DNA from: Ginglymostoma cirratum
Taxonomy: Eukaryota
Direction of reading: 5' to 3'
Length of the DNA stretch: 64,000 nucleotides
Assembly (NCBI GenBank): GCA_024137785.1
Contig: JAHRHZ010000058.1
Location: 19,951,349-20,015,348, forward strand
The position numbers and the translations under genes are program-made. The notes below the pieces were generated by a model. The model was not told the origin of the DNA. It saw nothing but the letters and a program-made list of their open reading frames with translations, and made no database searches. Shown one piece after another: positions 26,104 through 39,500 of the stretch; the stretch's first letter is position 1; each line of letters begins with the position of its first letter.

Positions 26104-29100
26104 GTTTGATAAATTGATTTGTCATGCATCAGCGATAAAAGACGACATCTTTGTTTTCAATGAATCATGCCTAGCATGTAACGCTAAGGAAACATTTACT
26201 TCTAATTATCCACGGCAACACGCCGGCCAAAACCCATGCACCAAATGACTGATTTTTATCAATTTTGGAAGTAGAACAATGATTAATTTTAGCGTAACTT
26301 GAATTTCTAGCTTTTTCTGTAAACTTGATCGATATAACCTGAGAGATGAGTCTAAACTATTTGAAATCTGCATCTTGCATTATATATACACGCAGGCTTT
26401 GGTACACACATGAGAAAACTATGCAAGTTCATACAACGTTTAACCTTGAAAATAATTTTATTTCAACGTGTTATTTTTCAAATTCTTTTACAAGAAACAT
26501 TTTAATTAGGCTCTCTTTCAGTGCTGGCACCAGTTTGCTAATAAAAGATAAGGGAAAGCGTGTAGATTTCTCAGTTCCTTTCATCCTGATGCTGTTAAGA
26601 TAAAGATTGTTAGAAGTTTTCCGACTGCCCATGCATCAGAGTGAGTTTGATGCTGTGCCTGATTGATGTGAGGTGTTCAGAGCGTGCCTTGCTCTCTCTC
26701 TCTTTTCCTCCAGAGACCTCTACTGACCATTAGATACGGCTTAAGGAGCTAGTTCAGCCTAAATTCATCGGCCCCCACCCCCTTTACATCTCTCTGACAG
26801 CACAGCAGATGTGGATCGGCGCCGGCAATGTGCCCCTGACCGGAGATCTGCCTTGATCCTCTGGTCTGAGAATCTGCCCCGAGCAACAGAACTAGCTTTA
26901 ACATTCTGGAGAAGGCCCCGGGAAATGTCTACAAACAGTTTATAGTTTATAGTTCTCCACTACTTTTTAACTACCTAATTATGAAACAGTTTGATGGTTA
27001 AGGGCATTTTGTATCAATAATGAGTTTCATAGGACCACTTATTAACCCAAGAGGTTATTGCATGAGAGGAAGGCAGCCTGGGCTACCAAGTTAAAATCTG
27101 TTTTCAGCTGAAGGCCCGTTCTTCCAAATAAGGTTCTCTAGGTTAAAGGCCTAGAAGTATCCACTGTCCAGCAATTTGAAACAACTGATTTCACACAATT
27201 AACCAACAACTTTAAACCAAGCCCTCACAATGCAATTTGGGGAAATGATGGCAGGATAGTTGACCCCGATTTAACGCCACTTTGTCCCACCAGCCGATGT
27301 CACTCCCGATAGAACACACTCGAGGGAGTTTTACATTCTTTTCACAGATACCCAATGATTCAATTTACACATTCACATATTCGATCACTCATGACACCAA
27401 ATGCCGATAGTGGGAGGTTGATTTGGCTCAAATGCAGAATGAAGTGTGAATAGAATCGAAACAACGTGACACCAGTCCCAAGACCATCGGAACCATTGAT
27501 TGCTATGTGTTCTGCTGGCGAAGAGGGAAGGCCTTTTATTTGTACAATATGTCGTGAACAATCCTAGAGTGTAAGTTGCTCAAAGTTGATCTGAGAAGAA
27601 CTGACATCACATGAATGATGCAGAAGGCGCAGACATGTTTGAGTGACATTCCGACCAGCAGCAGCACCGATCTAAAACCTTTCGAGCGGGCTGATTTTGC
27701 TTTCTCTGTAAGGAGGCAAACATTCCGATTTGTGATTGCAAGAGGCAGAGCGTTTGTAATTTGTTTATATCAAGAAAAGATGTTATTTATTAACCCGAAT
27801 CACAACCTTAATTATCAGTTCCAGCTGTAAATAATTATTTCATATGTTAGACAAAAAGAATCATTTTGGTAGAGGTTGGTAGGTCTCCAGTGGATTTGTA
27901 CCGAGATTGTGAATGGCTGGAGGTTCGGTCTGAACCACGTTCGTGCTGAATCAATCCGATTCAGCCGCCAAGGAAATCACAACGTACACATTAGCATGAA
28001 GAAAACTGGAGGCTTTGTGCACAAGATAAAGAAGCTAATTAACATGCAATATAATGCAACAACATTGTAAGACAGATTCTAAACTGGGAGGGGGCGGAAA
28101 ACACACTGTTCACCACAACAGAAATCAACCAGCAAAATTCACAGGGCCTAAATACCCAGCGCATCCAACCCTACAGGTCTGCAGACAATGTTACCCAATG
28201 GTCAATTTCGTCAAACAATATCTAGCACACGCCCATTGTGCGAGCTAACTAAACTGTTAATCAACATTCACCACATTGACTCTTGGAAAAAGGTTTACTT
28301 TTGAAGGTTTATCATGTCAAACATCCACCATGTATAGGTGGCAATTGGAACACAGATCTGTTATGACATTTCATTGATGCATGCATTATGGAACGTGCAC
28401 TCATCGTTAAACGACTTCACTGGGCAATGGCAAATCATCCCTACTCTAGAGTCGCTTGGCGATTTTGTGGCGAACCTTAATTTCAGCGAGGTAGCCATTT
28501 CGTTTCAGCTTAGTGGTCGAGCAAGAAACCAGTTAATGGATACAGAAAATATATTACCCAAATATTTCTCTAAACCCCACGCAAGTTTCCTGTGCTAGGA
28601 AGTTCCCTGTCGCGGCTTCAGTTCCAGTTATAGCTTAGGGAACCGGTAAAACTTTGCACAATATTGATGCTCAGTCCGGTTTAATCTTCGCATCAATCAA
28701 AGCTAAGGCATTGCTTTGGAATTGGGAGTTATAGATAAAACAAATGGGATATTCTCTTAATAAAATGATGTAGCCCCAGGCATTCAGGAAAGTAATAAGA
28801 TTGGGAAAACATAAGAGAACGAAGGCTTTATTTTATGACCTAGTTGTGATTTATAAACGAATGCTGTTCCAAGAGGGATCATGAAGTAACAGGAAAGAGT
28901 CATCTGATAATCTGATTCCTTCTCATATACCAAGAATGCTAAGAACACACGGGATACCTACAACAAGCGTGCTCCGTTTCATAAATAAATGTTAGGAGAG
29001 AAGTGGTCCTTTTTTTTCTGGACATTTGTTCCTCATTGAATATGTTTGATAAGCTCTTACAGACAACGTAAAATCTAAATTCTTAAGTGCGCGAATCGAA

Positions 29101-29374
29101 ATTACAGTTTTCTGTGGGACAAGAGGACCTGAATTGTTATCTCCACAATCCGTTTTAAAAGTTAGAATGAAGGATAGTCGCTGATCTTGATTAGCGCAGT
29201 GATAGCGATTTACCTCAACAAGAGCACGGTTGCCCGGATAACTGAGAAACTGAGTCTAGCAAATCCAGTTGCGATAGTGCACAAATGGAAAGTTTTTAAG
29301 GTCCCCTGTACTTCGAGTAGATCTTTTGTCTGTTTTAATTTTCCAAGTGCTAACTGATTAAACGGTGCATGTAA

Positions 29375-29590
<216 letters not shown>

Positions 29591-31644
29591 TAATATTTAG
29601 TTTTCGACTACCGTTTATTTTTAGCTCTCGCCATTTGATATAGTTCATTGGAAAAATGGGTAACGGGGTAAAGGGTTGTTTTCACAGGTCTTTCACTGCT
29701 AACAAACCACGTAAGAAATATTGTCTCAATGCAGCGCTTATTGCTAGTGTTCTGCGCCTGTGCTAATGGTAGCTGAGCGCCAAACGACTCTCGGTTTTCA
29801 ATCAAGTATTTTAAAGTAATGCGAAGTGTTATTTTAAGACCTAAATCGTTGCTTAATTATTTACCTTCAATATTATGGAAAGATGTAATTCATTTCGCTA
29901 TTATAAAAAGAAGCAATGTACCTCCAGGGTAAGCGAGCGCTTTCTTTTGCGGATGTTTGACATTAGAAATAAGGGGAGTTCAAGCCGTACAGTCAGGTTA
30001 GGCGTGAAAACAGACATCTTTGCAAACCCTTCTACACATAATTAGTTTATGATTTTAATTTAAAGCCTACAGGACCAAAAATGTTGGCATTCAGAACTTG
30101 CTTGCCATATTTAATCTCAAATTCGCTACTCACACTGAGGCAAATTCCTGTGTTACATTGTATCATAGACGCAATTGCCGCTTTTTGAAATCGCATGTTT
30201 TAAATAAATGGTGGGAAATCGTGGTCGATCTGTTACGTTGGAGAATATTAGCATCTAGAGAGTGGGCTTCAGCATCAGACCGATTGAGACTAGATATCCA
30301 GTTATCTCATTGTTAAGTCATTGACTCGAACCCGAAAGCATGACAGATACGTTTCCAGGAACCATGAAAAATGGCAAAATGTATTCACTGCAGGAATAGA
30401 AGTTAAAGATGCATGCTCACGATTTCCTTTCGCCTATATACTATATCTTATTTCAGGACAGACCACCCCCTGCTGTCTGAACCTAGTTGCACAATACTGA
30501 CCAGTGTTTTTCCGACTGAGATAATTGTTTCTGTGGGTACAAGTTTACTAAACCTGGCAATTGACGCATATTTTCTGCTTTAGTGTTCGATTTAAAACCA
30601 TGACGGCATCAAGCCGGACCCAAGAGCAGGGAAACTGGGGGCCATCTCAGATATAAATTGTAAAAGTTGTGACGACGTCATCATAAAGGCCATGTTGCAC
30701 ATCCATTAAATGGGATACTGCAAATGCTTTTCTCCATCGGATTGGCCAATTTACTCTTTAACGGGGTTATCAGTGTGAACCTTTTCACTTACTTCACGTT
30801 TCCATTCAATGTCGTCGAAATAGCACGATGGTGTCACGCAATAATGCTGTGACGATTTCCCAAATGCTGTAACCCAGGGCTGGGTGGAAAAGTTCTTCAG
30901 TCATAGCCAATCCTCATGAAACAGAAATCGCCATTTTTGCGTCCCAGCTCAACTTATTTAGGTGACCAGCAAAAAGTGAGCCCCAAACTGTTCACCATTC
31001 TGCTGTGCGGTTATCATCGAAACTTGAAACATTTTCCCCCATCTTCCTTGTGAGTAGATATGTAACACATGACCAAAATACACAACCCACATATAGAATA
31101 CGTGTAGCGTACGAACAGAAAATGCAAAACGTTAATATGCAGTACACACACAGTACACATAACACAAAGCACAGCACGTAAGAAAATGCAAAGAAAGACT
31201 GAGTAGCTATTTGTTGAGGGCCAGAGAGAAGACAATTAAATATTAAAGTTTATGGTTGGACTGGAGGTACTTCGACGCTTATTTATAGTGTAAATGTAAG
31301 AAAACTGTAAGGGAAGAGTAGTCCCTGGAACAATGGGAACTTTCAGACTGAGAACTGTGCCTCCGAGCCACATGGGAAAAGATTTTAAGTGAATCAAAAC
31401 AACAAATACACGACAAATTGAAACACTCCCATCCACAGTATGATCCACTTCCACCACTGTGGTCAGTTGTGTTATGTTCTTTGGAAGACCTCATATAAAA
31501 AATGCCATCAATACCGCAGTGTGTTTGACAAATATTCAGATTGCTTTTTTGCAAAAAAAAAACTATCAGCAGGTTTTTGGTAGAAGTGATTGTTGCCATA
31601 TCATACAGGTGAGAGAAGTCCAAAGCACACTGTTTTGGTAGAAT

Positions 31645-31820
31645 ACAGCAGCAAAACACTGGGGATTCTGGGAATTTGAAATAAAAGTAGAACATTTTGT
31701 ACATTCTTAGCAGATCAGCCAGCATCTGAAGAGTGGGAAAAATTGGCATTTCAGGTCTGTCATCTTTCATCAGCACATTTCATAGAATGCTGTCTGACCC
31801 CAGGCTATTTCTGTATCTTC
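31645..31820. mobile_element. Old Penelope-like palindromic element remnant
   Basis: aaacactggggattctgggaatttgaaataaaa..ccagcatctg. Minus strand reads CTGATGAaagatgacagacctGAAA. Confidence 0.55.
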
Positions 31821-33189
31821 CACAAACTTGAAATCTATAATTTCTGCTCTATCTACTTGTACTGTTCACCATCATCTCCATTATACAGGAGGCTCTTCAG
31901 TGCATTCCCCGCTGCCAGAAAATTCTGTAATTCATGACATTATTTGTTCATGACATTGAGTTTGGTTTGGCAAAGCTATTTTGATCTTATCAGGGACTAG
32001 ACTCTATACAGTAATTTCAATATGCTATAGCATTCCAATTCTGTGCCCCATTGCAGTTGACAAGGTACTGATTTGACTCAGAAAATGATGAAAAATTGAA
32101 AATAAGCCATTATTTGTATGTGCAGTTAACTCTCCATATGTGAGAATATAGGGGTGATTTTGTTTTAATTTGGAAAGAAAACGACTCATCAAGTCCAGAA
32201 TGTGTCAGAATGGCTTTGCATATTGGAGAAATTGGGTAATCCCAGCCTATTTATTGAGGTTGTTATTAGGTTGTTTGGGGGGGAGCTTATAGATTATAGT
32301 ACACTGCACTGCCCATAAAATACAAGTAATAGTTGACAACTTTTCACCTTTCATTATCGAAACTAATACGTTTCACAGACCCAGAAGGGTCCATGAATAG
32401 AATCGCCATTGGTACTAAAAAATTGCTACAAAATTTATTACTTTAAAATCCAAGAACATCATTGCTAAATTATTTATCAAGTAGCCTTTCAGTCTTATCA
32501 CAGACATGACATTCATCTAGCCACATTATGTAAGTACTCCCCTTTCATTCTGTCCCCATTTGTGAACGCAATGCTTACAGTGTTCCCTTTCAGAGCAGGT
32601 ATTACATTACTACCATGTAACGAACCCTTAGTGAAAGCGGTCAATAAGGGAAAAGACCTGGTTTAACTGTGCACTACCTGGGAAATCTGGTAGATTGTAT
32701 ATCTTCCAAATGAATATTTTAAGATATTAGTAGGTGTCGAATCTCAATTTAATATCTGTGTTTAAATTTGAATCTGTTTATTTGTGGAACCTAATCCAGT
32801 GGAATCTGTACATTTATAATTGACTAAACCAGAGAAGGGAGACTGTCCATAACTTTATAGCATAATCAGTAAAAGTCTAGATTATTTGCATTTCTATTAA
32901 ACCTGAGAATTCAAAGTGTAGGTTCTTTCTATTTTGGAGGGACCATGACAACATTGATAGAGTTTTTGGTTGGTCACATTGCAATCCTTCTGTCTTTCTA
33001 CTGGGATGATTGCTTTAACATTGAATCCATCCTGTTAAAAAGCTTGCGGTTAAAAATAATTATAACCAAATGAGTCATGTGCCTTGGGTGTTGCTGGACA
33101 GCATACCAGTTATATTAGGAAGCAGTTACTAAGATTAGAGGGAACACTAAATGTTCTAGATTTATTATTCATTCTCACTTCTCTCTCAG

Positions 33190-33365
33190 GTTTGGTTTCA
33201 GAACAGAAGAGCGAAATTCCGACGGAATGAGAGAGCCCTGTTGGCCAGTAAAAATGCCTCTATCCTCAAATCATACAGCGGGGAGGCAGTGGAGCAGCCC
33301 ATGGCTCCACGCCCAGCACCCAGAGCCCAGGATTACCTGTCCTGGGGAACGACATCTCCATATGG
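33190..33365 (+). CDS. PRRX1: PRRX1 coding exon 3 (homeodomain helix 3 and linker); absent from the ORF track
   Basis: ctctctcag| VWFQNRRAKFRRNERALLASKNASILKSYSGEAVEQPMAPRPAPRAQDYLSWGTTSPY, then gg|gtaatc donor, phase 2. Confidence 0.97.
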
Positions 33366-33683
33366 GTAATCTCTTATTGGTAATATAAATGTCATCTTTA
33401 ACTGCAATGCAGGCAAATTTGCCACAAAGTAGGCGCAACAATTTCCTCCTCGATGCATTCTCCAAGGCAAAAAAAACTTTTCTAACTTGATTTCATGGAT
33501 AATGTTATCTACAGTCTCATACAATGCTACAGGGAACTGTGCAAATTTGGATTTCAACTCACACAGCCCAAATTAACTGGCTTTGTGGGAAGCACAAAAG
33601 CCATAATGACAATAAAGTCACCTGTACTTGCCCTGGTATATCTTTTTGGTTAATCCTAAATACAAATGTAATGTATAAAAGTG

Positions 33684-34193
33684 AGACGTGGGGCTAGATG
33701 AACACAGCAGGCCAAGCAGCATCAGAGGAGCAGAAAAACTTGACGTTNNNNNNNNNNNNNNNNNNNNNNNNNNNNNNNNNNNNNNNNNNNNNNNNNNNNN
33801 NNNNNNNNNNNNNNNNNNNNNNNNNNNNNNNNNNNNNNNNNNNNNNNNNNNNNNNNNNNNNNNNNNNNNNNNNNNNNNNNNNNNNNNNNNNNNNNNNNNN
33901 NNNNNNNNNNNNNNNNNNNNNNNNNNNNNNNNNNNNNNNNNNNNNNNNNNNNNNNNNNNNNNNNNNNNNNNNNNNNNNNNNNNNNNNNNNNNNNNNNNNN
34001 NNNNNNNNNNNNNNNNNNNNNNNNNNNNNNNNNNNNNNNNNNNNNNNNNNNNNNNNNNNNNNNNNNNNNNNNNNNNNNNNNNNNNNNNNNNNNNNNNNNN
34101 NNNNNNNNNNNNNNNNNNNNNNNNNNNNNNNNNNNNNNNNNNNNNNNGCCTTGTTATCTCGGATTCTCCAGCATCTGCAGTACCTTTTATCTC
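33684..34193. mobile_element. Family-A palindromic element spanning the assembly gap, 15-bp TSD
   Basis: TSD taatgtataaaagtg at 33669-33683 and 34194-34208. Left arm acagcaggccaagcagcatcagaggagcag..tgacgtt; right tail ctccagcatctgcagtacc. Confidence 0.8.
33748..34147. other. Assembly gap (400 N)
   Basis: Run of N. Confidence 1.
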
Positions 34194-35229
34194 TAATGTA
34201 TAAAAGTGTTTGAATGCAATTGTTTATGGAAAAGGGTGATAGACACAGAATAGTGGATATCTGAGAGAAAAAAAACATTAAATTTCACATTTACTGACAT
34301 TATAACAATGACAATGTTCCAATAGTCCATTAGTTCTGAACCTTTTTGGGACATCAGTAAACCTGAAAGGTGTTATTTAAATGCAAATTATCTTGTTATG
34401 GTGGAAAAACAGAGGCATGAACAATTGGAGGACATTTAATTGAGACCTAGCTGATATAAAGAGGGCAAAGTATTATCGGTTTATTGGCACAATTAGAATT
34501 CCAAAGTAAGATAATAACCTTGAACTTCTGCTTGGTGGTCATTACCTAATAAACCTTTTGCAGGTTCTCATAGCAATTGCAGTGATTTCGATGACCTTGG
34601 TGTGAATTGGCAGTGTCATCTAAGTACAGGTTGGGGAGTAATCCTGTGCATTTAGGTTTTTACCTGTTCACACTGTTGAGAAGATTTAGTAAGAAACTCC
34701 AGCAACTGAAACTCATAGCATCCCCAAATAGGCCCAAACCCAGTACAACTACTTCTCCAGTAACATGAAGTCCCATCACATTGTGCAAGTACTGAGGCCT
34801 CAATACTGGAGTGTTTGAACAAATTTAAAATGACAAAGAACTGTACCTGTGTCATTTTCTTTTTGTCTGTCTGGACTTGTCAGTAGGCAGCCAGCTACTT
34901 TAAGTAATTTATTTATTTCAGATGGTCAGTACTTGCAGTGGACAATTGGAGTGTCAGTAGCTATGCCTATTAGCAGCAAAACGTCAACGGTAAATTTGCA
35001 GTCTATAATGGCAGTATAATAAAACAAATTCATGGCTTTAGAATTTTGAAAGAGAAACAAGAAAGTGAGGACTTAAGGAATTACATTATTCTTTGTAGTA
35101 ATCAGAAGATGAAATCAGCATGGGTTAAGTTTCCGTATGGGCATGGCACTAATGAGCACCCACAGGCAATATCCAAGTGCTAAGTCATTATTCAACAGGT
35201 TTAAAGGCCAGCAGGGTCATATAAAACTC

Positions 35230-35605
35230 TTTCTTTATTTATTCATGGGATGTGGGCATCGCTTGCCAAGCCAGCATTTATTGCTATTCCTTAGCTAGCC
35301 TTTAACTGAGTGGCTTGTGAGACCATTTCAAAGGCCAGTGAACAGACAACTACATAGCTATTGTCTGGAGTTACTTGTGGGCCAGACAGGAAAGAATGGC
35401 AGATGTCCTTCCCTAAAGGACATTCGTGAAGCAGATGGATTTTTTATGACAATTGTTACATGGTCCCCATTAGACTTTTAATTCCTTATTTTTTATTGAA
35501 TTCATATTACACCATCTGCCATGGTGAGATGCAAAGCCAAGTCCCCAGAACACTCACCTGGGTCTCTGGATTATTAGTCCAGTAACATGACCACTATACA
35601 CCACC
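35230..35605 (-). mobile_element. Near full-length tRNA-derived SINE with LINE-like 3' tail
   Basis: The tail tattcatgggatgtgggcatcgc..ccagcatttattg is shared with the LINE tail at 11520. Head similar to 57593 (+). Confidence 0.75.
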
Positions 35606-35611
35606 CACCCT

Positions 35612-35815
35612 TGGCTCATTTGGCTGGATGTTTGGTTTGTAATGAGAGTGATACCAACAACATGGGTTCAATTCCTCCACTGGCTGAGATTATCATGAAG
35701 TACTCTCCTTCTTAACCTTTCCCCTGCTTGAGGCATTAAACTGACACCAGCTATCTCTCTCTAATGACAGAGCAGCTCAATGGTCTAGTAAGACTATGGT
35801 GACTTACCTTTACTT
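35612..35815 (+). mobile_element. tRNA-derived SINE (second family), head-to-head with the previous SINE
   Basis: A-box-like tggctcatttgg and B-box gggttcaattcc. A reverse-complement relative lies at 55068-55270. Confidence 0.7.
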
Positions 35816-36187
35816 TATAAGATTTCAGATATCACTGGAATCTTACATTTAAATTATGGCCATTAATTCATCTCCAATATTTATTACTAAATAAATTATT
35901 TCTCCTGTGCTTTCTGTTCTACCAATGCACCTTCTGTATAGCTGGCAGTAAGTGGAGCACTGAAATATTCTGTAAGGAACAATAACTATTTATAAGGCAA
36001 ATGTATTATGAATTCACACTTAAGGTTTCTTCCAATATGAGGATTTGGCTATTGTGAAATTCAGCTGATCCTAAAACAATGCCCTTTATTTAAGAATATT
36101 GATTTAGGATACCGTAAGTGTTCCCCTAATGTCATACTTAATTTCAATAAATAAAAAAAACACCCTTAACACTTATTGTGTATCAAC

Positions 36188-36560
36188 TCTGCCTCAGTTG
36201 GTAGACTTGTCTCTGAGTCGCAAGATTTTGAATTTAATACTGACTCAAGACAAAATTAAGGCTGATATTCTAGATTGGTATTGTGGGAGGCATCGTCTTT
36301 TAGACAAGGGTCTACTCAAGCGGACACAAAAGATCCAAAGGCACTATTTCAAAGAAGAGCAGGGAGTCATCCCAGGTGTCCTGGCCAATAATTATCTCTC
36401 GATCAACACCACAAACAATGATTATCTAGTCATTATCTTATAGCTGCTCTGAGAGTTTGCTGTGTGCCAATTGCCTATTGTGTTTCTACCACTCCAACAT
36501 TGGCTACAAAGAGATTTGAAATGTCTGGTGCTTGTGAAAAGTACTATTTAAATATAAGTT
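36188..36560 (+). mobile_element. Deu-domain SINE (SacSINE1/AmnSINE1-like)
   Basis: aaaagatcc..ggcactatttcaaagaagagcagggagt..ggtgtcctggccaata central domain. Relatives at 48365-49220, 50185-50545 and 54495-54810. Confidence 0.7.
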
Positions 36561-39500
36561 GTACATTTTGTTTTATGTGGAAACATTTATCTGAGCCTTT
36601 GCAACACTTTCTGAGGTAAAATATTGAAAAGCATTCCACATCTCAGAACAGTTTCCCCTGCTTCTCCATTGTTCCAACTTATTACTATACCCCTCATACT
36701 ATATTAAATAATTGTAAATAAACTGGGACTGGATGCATTACATTTCTATCTTTATTATTTATAGTGTCCAAGAGACTGCGTTTAAAACAATCATTACTGG
36801 CTATTAATTACACATCCCAATTCCTAGAGGTCTTTTCAGTTGTAATTAGATTCCGTAATTAGGTGGTTAACTTTTTGATGGTTCATCTCATGTTGGCCAG
36901 GGACCAGCTGCTACTTGTTAAAATAGTTTGCCCTTTGCTAATTAGTGGATTCAGTAAAGAGATCCTTCCCGACTGTGTTCCTCATGGCGGTCATAGTTCC
37001 ATATAAATAGAATGCAATAGAAGTATTGTTGTGGAGTGTTGGAATTTAGAGTCAGATCAGATTCATTATTGAAATTATATCTAATTTCTTTTAATATCTT
37101 ACTTTAGTTATAGTAAATATATTTCAATTTTATTTATAACTTCATGGCCTTTACCCTGTTGTCAGTATTCATAATTTTAGAGTTAATGAAGATATGGAAT
37201 AAGTCTTGTTTTTAAAAAGGAAATGTCATTTAATTATAAAAATTCTATATTTAAATACAATCTCTCACTGTCCTGTTCTTTGCTATGATTTATACTTTAA
37301 AGTAATCAGAAAAGGACAACAAGAAGAAATTTTATTTAGAGTTATCTAGTAGGTCATCATGAAGCTACAGGAAAGTGACCTCATCAGTTCAGTGGCCTTT
37401 TTACAGTCACAATGTTTCTCACATTTATTTTCCTGAATTGAAACATCAAAATGTCATGAGAAGGACTCTACACAAAACATTTGGCCTAGTAGCATCTGAC
37501 AATTAGGAAGCACAAAAGTCAAATTAACAGATCTTCCTTACAGTACTTACATCTATGACAACTTAGAACTGCACATTGAAAGGGACATTCACTATTAAAT
37601 ATTAAGTAAAGTTATTTCTAGGCTATGGTGTAATATAGGAAATACAGTATAGGAAGCATTTTTATTTTAATTTTTTTTGAAATTTGTATATTTTACACAG
37701 AATAAGAAAGTCTACTGAACAAGCTACTGAGTTGAAATGTGCAAGGGCAAGATAGTTTAACCCAGGTTGAAAAGTGACATTTTTGTGATCTATTATATAG
37801 TTTGTGAAATTTATCAAAGCAAACAAAATAATGTACCATCTTCAAAACTCAATTAGCAAAGCTGCTTGATCATTATATAGCATTTAGTACACTTAGAAAA
37901 CAGAACCTTGCTATATGCACATTGAATATTACTTCTCACTTAACACATGAATTATAACAGAAATCATTACTGCCTGAAAGCCATGTTCCTATTATGAAGT
38001 ACCAGGCAGTACTTCAGTATATGATAACCTATTGTAGATAGATTTTACATAAATCACTACTAATTTGTCTAGCCAAGCTTTAAAGCAGAAAATTGATCTA
38101 TTTAAGGGTACTGCAATAATCATGTGTCTAAGAATACAATTTGCTTAGTGCGATCTCAAAATTGTTTGGCTGTAATATGTCATACTTTGTGAAAACCACT
38201 GATTCTAATTATCAAACTCACTTGGAAATATTATTATGAATTGGGAGGACAATGCTGTGAGCAGCATTGCCAAAGAAACATTCCTACTTAATTTTCTTTA
38301 ATTGAGACATATAGTGTCTTTTGATTTTTTCCCTTTTTTCTTTCTCTACTTGAACTGTCCAATGATGTGTCATATATGTTTGAGTTAAGGCAGTCAATAT
38401 CTTCTACATCTCTGACAATATAGCTTTGAAACTAGTAACTGGATGATGGTAAAATCACTTTAGGCAACAATTGTTCATTCCAGTATTGCAGCTGAAATTC
38501 ATAACTTGGCCCACAGGGCTTTGAAGACATAACTATTTTCCACTGTTCAGTGATACAGAACAGATAATTAATTTTAAGGTTATTTTCATAAGTGTTCACA
38601 CTTCCCAAAGTTATCTCCGACACCACAGAATTAATGTCATGAAATGTTAGCTCCCCTTCTAGAACAAACAAATTTGTATCAAGTTATTTCAATTATATGT
38701 AATCTGACAAAATTAATTTTAGATAACTATTCATCAGTCATTTTTATGTAAACAGTTTACATTCCAGTCCATTAATACTTAATATATAAACTTCCAGAGC
38801 AGGCCAAAGCCACAAATCTCTAATCCTGAACATATGCTATCTGACCTATGGAATGGGATTTCATTGTGTATAATCATTGCTAATATTTCATTACTGATCC
38901 TTCTATATAGACTGACACGATTCATATAGTCATTATATATGTATCTTATTTGGCCTAAGTGTTTAACTAAAATACATCTGGAAATTAACTTGTGAAAATC
39001 CTTACCTTCTTCAGTTTTCTTTTCCTACAACCAACATGCTTCAAAATTCAACATTTCCTAACCTGTACTTCTACACTTATTCTATTTTCTCTTCCACTCA
39101 TTTCAACTTTGGCAGAGTCTTGGAGTATGAGCTTTTTTGTGACTTAACCTAACAAATGCAAATTCCTAATAATCTATTTTCTAATCATTAGGAAGCAGTC
39201 ATGGTTTCAGACCCAGTTTCAGATATTAGCTAATAATTTTGTCTGCAAGACATTAATCATATGCCCAGCCTATCCATGGCTATTTTTCACATAAATGTCA
39301 TTCACTAATCAGTCTGGTCATCACCACTACTAGTAAGACCCACTTTACAGTTCACATTTCTGTCAGACATTCCTACCACTGATAATTTTACCACTAGTGT
39401 TATGAGTATGAATTGGGATGGAAAGAAGAAATTTTGTGCCCACAGTGACTTAATCAAGGATTTGCTTTTACGGTGCATTAAGTAAAGTGTGAAGTTCCAC

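Noticed and set aside
31279-31776. 165-aa antisense ORF in intron 2
   Set aside because: Begins in a repeat remnant; no motif or splice support.
33688-34278. 171-194 aa ORFs
   Set aside because: Artefacts of the N gap.
35612-35685. tRNA gene
   Set aside because: A/B boxes are present but there is no cloverleaf; it is a SINE head with a second copy at 55068-55270.
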